This document shows positions 60,115-64,000 of a DNA stretch of 64,000 nt, piece after piece. A program made the translations under genes and the position numbers. Numbering within the stretch: position 1 is the stretch's first letter; every line of letters starts with the position of its first letter. Below the pieces are notes generated by a model. That model made no database searches. It was given only the letters and a program-made list of their open reading frames with translations, and was not told where the DNA came from. Location: NCBI GenBank assembly GCA_963720755.1, contig CAVRGP010000002.1, forward strand, positions 192,001 through 256,000, given 5' to 3'. The stretch comes from an uncultured Chloroflexia bacterium (lineage in GTDB: Bacteria > Chloroflexota > Limnocylindria > Limnocylindrales > CSP1-4).

Positions 60115-60437
60115 CGTCGGTCCCCGCCGCGATCCGCCCGTCGCCGAGTTGTGCCATGGGATGGGTCGGCCGGATCCGTCGCAAAGTCCAGCGAGGAGTC
60201 GGCCCCCGAGCGTGTGATGTTCATGACTCTTTCGTGCTGCACGTCCGCCGAGATCACCGAAGGACCGGCCGCGATGATACAGAGGTTGACGCGATGGGTG
60301 GGTTGGGCGCCACGCTGCCGATAGTCATCGGCCGGGACAGCATGATCTGCGCAGTCAAAGCTCAGGGATCGAAACCCGGCTGCCCGAGAAGGCCCTGACC
60401 GCGGCTTCCGCAGGTGTGAGCCGCTGACAGTCGGGCG

Positions 60438-61337
60438 TCAGTCAGCCGGCATCGCGAACAGGGCCGGGTCGCGCTGGTAGGCGCGTAGGAACGTGAAGAT
60501 GAAGCCCATCCGCTCCCGGTAGTCCTCCCAGTCCGGCGCGTCGCTGTCTGCGGCAGACGAAGGATCCTGCCCGAACCTGGCAGCCAGCCCACGGAGATCC
60601 GGGTCGTCCAGAACGACCAACTCCGGCGGGAACTGCGCACCGCCCAGATATGCCGGCGGGGGAACGTCGCGATCGAGCGCCAGCGACGCGTCCGGCAAGT
60701 GGATCCCCAGGTGGGCCGTCGCGATGACAGCTACGATCGATTTCCCCGGGATCGCGGCCTTGACGAAGGGGTCAGCCACCACCTGTTCGGCCGCCCCGAC
60801 CGACACGTTCGCGACGAGCATCCGCTGGGCTCGCCTCGCTGTCGAGTCCGGAGATGTGCTCCGGATCAGCAGCACGTCGGCGTACGCGGCGAATGCCTGC
60901 CTCAGGTCATCGCTGTCGCGCAGCTCGGGAGCGTCGGAAAGGGCCTCGAGGATCGCAGCCGCTTCGATCGGGTCGTGCCGGGCCGACGGATGATCGCGAA
61001 AGGCGACGATGAACCGGGCGAACGGCCGGCCGACGTCACCGAACACCGCGGCGTTACCACCGGCCACCGCCCGCTCGATCTCACGACCCAGGAACGGACG
61101 CGCAAGCCCGGGGATCGATTCGCCGCGGATCGCGCGGCCCGCCTCCGCGCTGGCCCATTGGCCGAACGTGAGCCAGTTTGCATCGGTGCGCCCGAGCAGC
61201 GTCGCGACCGCCTCGGAAAGCGCGTGGTACCCGCGGGTGATCGCGCGGTTCCGCTCGACGATGTCGGCCATCGCCACCACTCGCCCGATGGTGTCGAGAT
61301 CGAGGAACGGGTCATGCAGTGGATCGGCGCCCGGCAC
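60438..61337 (-). CDS. Conserved hypothetical protein
   Basis: RN..IT.GY..LS, ANW.TF..WAS, GN..VF, DW....RM.FI pattern; GGAGG RBS. Confidence 0.65.
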   Translation of the reverse strand: MPGADPLHDPFLDLDTIGRVVAMADIVERNRAITRGYHALSEAVATLLGRTDANWLTFGQWASAEAGRAIRGESIPGLARPFLGREIERAVAGGNAAVFGDVGRPFARFIVAFRDHPSARHDPIEAAAILEALSDAPELRDSDDLRQAFAAYADVLLIRSTSPDSTARRAQRMLVANVSVGAAEQVVADPFVKAAIPGKSIVAVIATAHLGIHLPDASLALDRDVPPPAYLGGAQFPPELVVLDDPDLRGLAARFGQDPSSAADSDAPDWEDYRERMGFIFTFLRAYQRDPALFAMPAD

Positions 61338-61774
61338 CTCGCCTCCCGTCGTCTGCGTGTCGGATCCAACGGCCCCAAGCATACGTCCCGCTCGGCGCGC
61401 CCGAGGTCCTCGGCCGGGTGAGCCCAGCGCCGGTCACCACCCGGTTAGACGGGTTGTACCTGCCGGGCGCGCTCCCGTTGACAGCGACCACGGTGACCGA
61501 CGCGCACGGACCGGGGCTGGAGCTGCCCATTGACCCGGCATTTCCACGCCGCGGATCGTCCTGTCCGTATGGATCGTCGGGCCCCTCAGGCGAGCAGCGT
61601 GATCATCAGGCTCAAGGGGTTCGGTCGTCACCTGTTCGACCTTGGCGACGAGGCACTCGCGACGATGCCACGCGGTAGTCTATGGCTTCGCGGCAGCATC
61701 GGTCGAGCCACGGGGCACCCTCCGTCGGAGGCACGCTTGCGGCCGAGGCCTACCAGCCGCAGAGTGAGCGGGTC

Positions 61775-64000
61775 GTGGACACCGTGATCGGCCGCTCCGC
61801 GGAGCTTGCCGCCCTGGACTCAATGCTCGGCCACCTCGAAGCGGGGGTGGCCGGCCTCTGGCTGGAGGGCGAGGCCGGGATCGGCACTTCCACCGTCTGG
61901 CGGGAGGGCGTCCGACGGGCGAGCGAGCGCGGCTTCGGCGTGCTGCTCGCACGACCGACCGCGGCCGAGGTCACATACGCCTTCGCCGGCCTCGGCGACC
62001 TGCTCGGGGGTCTGTACGACCAGGTGAGGGCTGCGATCCCGGACCCGCAGCGGTGCGCATTGGACGCGGCCCTGCTCATCACGGATGCACCCGAGGACGG
62101 GATCGATGAGCGTGCGATCGGAGCTGGCCTGCTCTCGCTGCTGCGCGCCCTTGCGCAAGATCGGCCGCAGGTGATCGCCGTGGACGACGTCCAGTGGCTC
62201 GATCTGCCGACTCGACGGGCGCTCGCCTTTGCGGCGCGCCGGCTGCGGAGCGAGCGGGTCGGGTTCCTGCTCACGTCGCACAGCGGGGGCAGGTCGGATC
62301 CGTCGCTCGACCGCACCCTGCCTCCAGAGGCGGTGGAGCGACTCGAGCTCGGCCCTCTCAGCGCCGGGGCGCTCCACGCCCTGTTCAAGGAGCACCTCGG
62401 ACGGTCGTTCTCGCTGCCGGTGCTCGGCCGCATCGCCCAGGCGTGCCGCGGCAACCCGCTGTACGCGCTCGAGGTCGCCCGCGAGCTGGAACGGGACCCA
62501 AAGGCGAGCCCGGGTCTGCCGGTCCCGGCGGCGCTCGGAGCGCTGGTCGACGCACGGGTAGCACGGCTCCCGGGTGCGACTAGGGCGTCACTTCTTGCGG
62601 CCGCCAGCCTCGCGCGCCCGACGGTGGAGCGAGTCGGGCCAGCCGACTTCACTCCGGCGGTGCGCGCTGGAATCGTCCGGATCGAGGACGGCGAGATCCG
62701 TTTCACGCACCCCCTGTACGCCTCAGCCGTCTACCGCTCGGCTAGCGATCGAGCGCGGCAGGCGATGCACCGAAAGCTGGCCACCGGCGCGACCGAGCCG
62801 GAGGACCGGGCCCGCCATCTCGCCCTCAGCTCGCCCGCGCCCGACGCCGGGGTGGCCTCGCTGCTCGATGAGGCCGCGGAACGAGCGATGGCGCGCGGTG
62901 CCCCATCGACGTCGATCGAGCTCCTCGAGCTGGCGTTGCGGCTGACACCGGCCGAGGATGATGAATTGGCGCTCAGGCGGACTGTTGCGTTGACTCGAGG
63001 CCTCTTCGATACCGGCGACGGCGCCCGCGCGGAAGCGATCCTCGACCGAACGCTGGAGACCACGCCGCCCGGACCTCTTCGGAGGGAGGCGATGGTGCAG
63101 CTCGGCTGGTGGCTCACCGAGCGCGGCGACTGGGCGGCCGGGGTGGGCATGATGGAGATGGCGCTCACCGACGAGAACGACCCACGAGCCGCAGGCCGGA
63201 CCGAGGTCATGCTCGCGGAGGCGTATCGCCTGAACCTGCCGCTCACGAGGCAACATGCCGGACGCGCCTTGGAGCTCCTCGATCCGGGCACAGACCCCGG
63301 GCTGTACTCGAAGGCGCTGCAGCTGGAGGTCGAGGCGCGCCTTTTGGTCGGCGACGGCGCCGACAGCGAGGGGATGGCACAAAGCTTGGCCCTCCAGGAG
63401 CGGGCGAGCGGGACCTGGGAGGTCAGCCAGTTCGCGGCTGGCTGGGCCCGCGGGATGGACGATCTCTACGCGGCCCGCGAGCGCTTCAGCCGGTTGATCG
63501 ACGTGTACGAAGAGCAGGGGTTGGACAGTGAGCTGCCGGGCACGCTCGGCCACCTCGCGACGGTCGAGCTCTGGAGCGGGCGATGGCAGCGGGCCGAGTC
63601 CCTCGCGCGGCGGGCACGCGAGCTCGCCGACCAGACCGAGTATCCCGTGTCCGCGTGCCTGGCCCGCTATGCCCTCGGTCTGGTGCTCGTCCAGCGCGGC
63701 GAGCTAGACGAGGCGAGGTCGGCGGCGAATCTCACGCTCGAGGTGTTCGCGGACCGGCCCGCGCCGATCCTCGAGACGCAGGCCCGGATCCTGCTGGGAG
63801 AAGCTGACCTGTCCGCCGGGGACGCGATGGGAGCGCTCCACCACTTCGAACGCGCCGACGAGCTCCTGGCATCGATCGGCTGGCGCGAACCGTTCCACTT
63901 CCGGTATCACGGGGACCAGATCGAAGCCCTAGTTCAAGTCGGGCGCCTCGATGACGCCGCGACTCTCGTAACGCGCCTCGAGGAGAGCTCGGCGAGGATC
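61775..64000 (+). CDS. LAL (large ATP-binding LuxR) / STAND ATPase regulator, 3' end outside window
   Basis: Manual translation: IGR.AEL, GEAGIGTST, VIAVDDVQWLD, GNPLYALE, FTHPL, TPR-like helices. Confidence 0.82.
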   Translation, partial: MDTVIGRSAELAALDSMLGHLEAGVAGLWLEGEAGIGTSTVWREGVRRASERGFGVLLARPTAAEVTYAFAGLGDLLGGLYDQVRAAIPDPQRCALDAALLITDAPEDGIDERAIGAGLLSLLRALAQDRPQVIAVDDVQWLDLPTRRALAFAARRLRSERVGFLLTSHSGGRSDPSLDRTLPPEAVERLELGPLSAGALHALFKEHLGRSFSLPVLGRIAQACRGNPLYALEVARELERDPKASPGLPVPAALGALVDARVARLPGATRASLLAAASLARPTVERVGPADFTPAVRAGIVRIEDGEIRFTHPLYASAVYRSASDRARQAMHRKLATGATEPEDRARHLALSSPAPDAGVASLLDEAAERAMARGAPSTSIELLELALRLTPAEDDELALRRTVALTRGLFDTGDGARAEAILDRTLETTPPGPLRREAMVQLGWWLTERGDWAAGVGMMEMALTDENDPRAAGRTEVMLAEAYRLNLPLTRQHAGRALELLDPGTDPGLYSKALQLEVEARLLVGDGADSEGMAQSLALQERASGTWEVSQFAAGWARGMDDLYAARERFSRLIDVYEEQGLDSELPGTLGHLATVELWSGRWQRAESLARRARELADQTEYPVSACLARYALGLVLVQRGELDEARSAANLTLEVFADRPAPILETQARILLGEADLSAGDAMGALHHFERADELLASIGWREPFHFRYHGDQIEALVQVGRLDDAATLVTRLEESSARI

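Noticed and set aside
533-63910. Numerous long antisense and alternative-frame ORFs (e.g. 4073-5230, 7378-9093, 12129-13952, 31208-32983, 39523-41136)
   Set aside because: Shadow ORFs expected in high-GC DNA opposite well-supported genes; Arg/Pro/Gly-rich and without family motifs.

Overview
High-GC bacterial chromosomal window. Gene content suggests a Chloroflexota/Actinomycetota-like soil or freshwater organism (inference only). No rRNA, tRNA, CRISPR, IS or phage genes were recognised. 1-12.7 kb: branched-chain amino-acid ABC operon (livKHMGF), then GNAT, a NYN-domain protein with a long disordered tail, holB, acyP, hypotheticals (one with a PD-(D/E)xK-like motif), a thioesterase and an FAD oxidoreductase. 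12.7-25.5 kb is the most striking part. A PAPS supply/recycling module (cysQ-cysD-cysN, tauE, cysC fused to a degenerate ATP-sulfurylase domain, no reductive cysH/sir genes) abuts a head-to-tail array of six ~1.2-kb sulfotransferase-like genes. The copies are translationally coupled and share near-identical ~550-bp junction blocks, but carry four hypervariable segments shuffled as a mosaic among copies, which suggests a recombination-diversified sulfation repertoire. 25.6-64 kb is accessory-type content: cold-shock gene, two class III cyclases, frameshifted PhzF and kdpD, kdpE, a deleted KimA-like permease, ABC exporters, TetR/AraC/LuxR regulators with visible operators, four MDR oxidoreductases with a duplicated glycine-zipper microprotein, stress genes (GlsB, CsbD), a YpfJ-like peptidase and a partial LAL regulator. 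Several single-base frameshifts may be sequencing or assembly errors.
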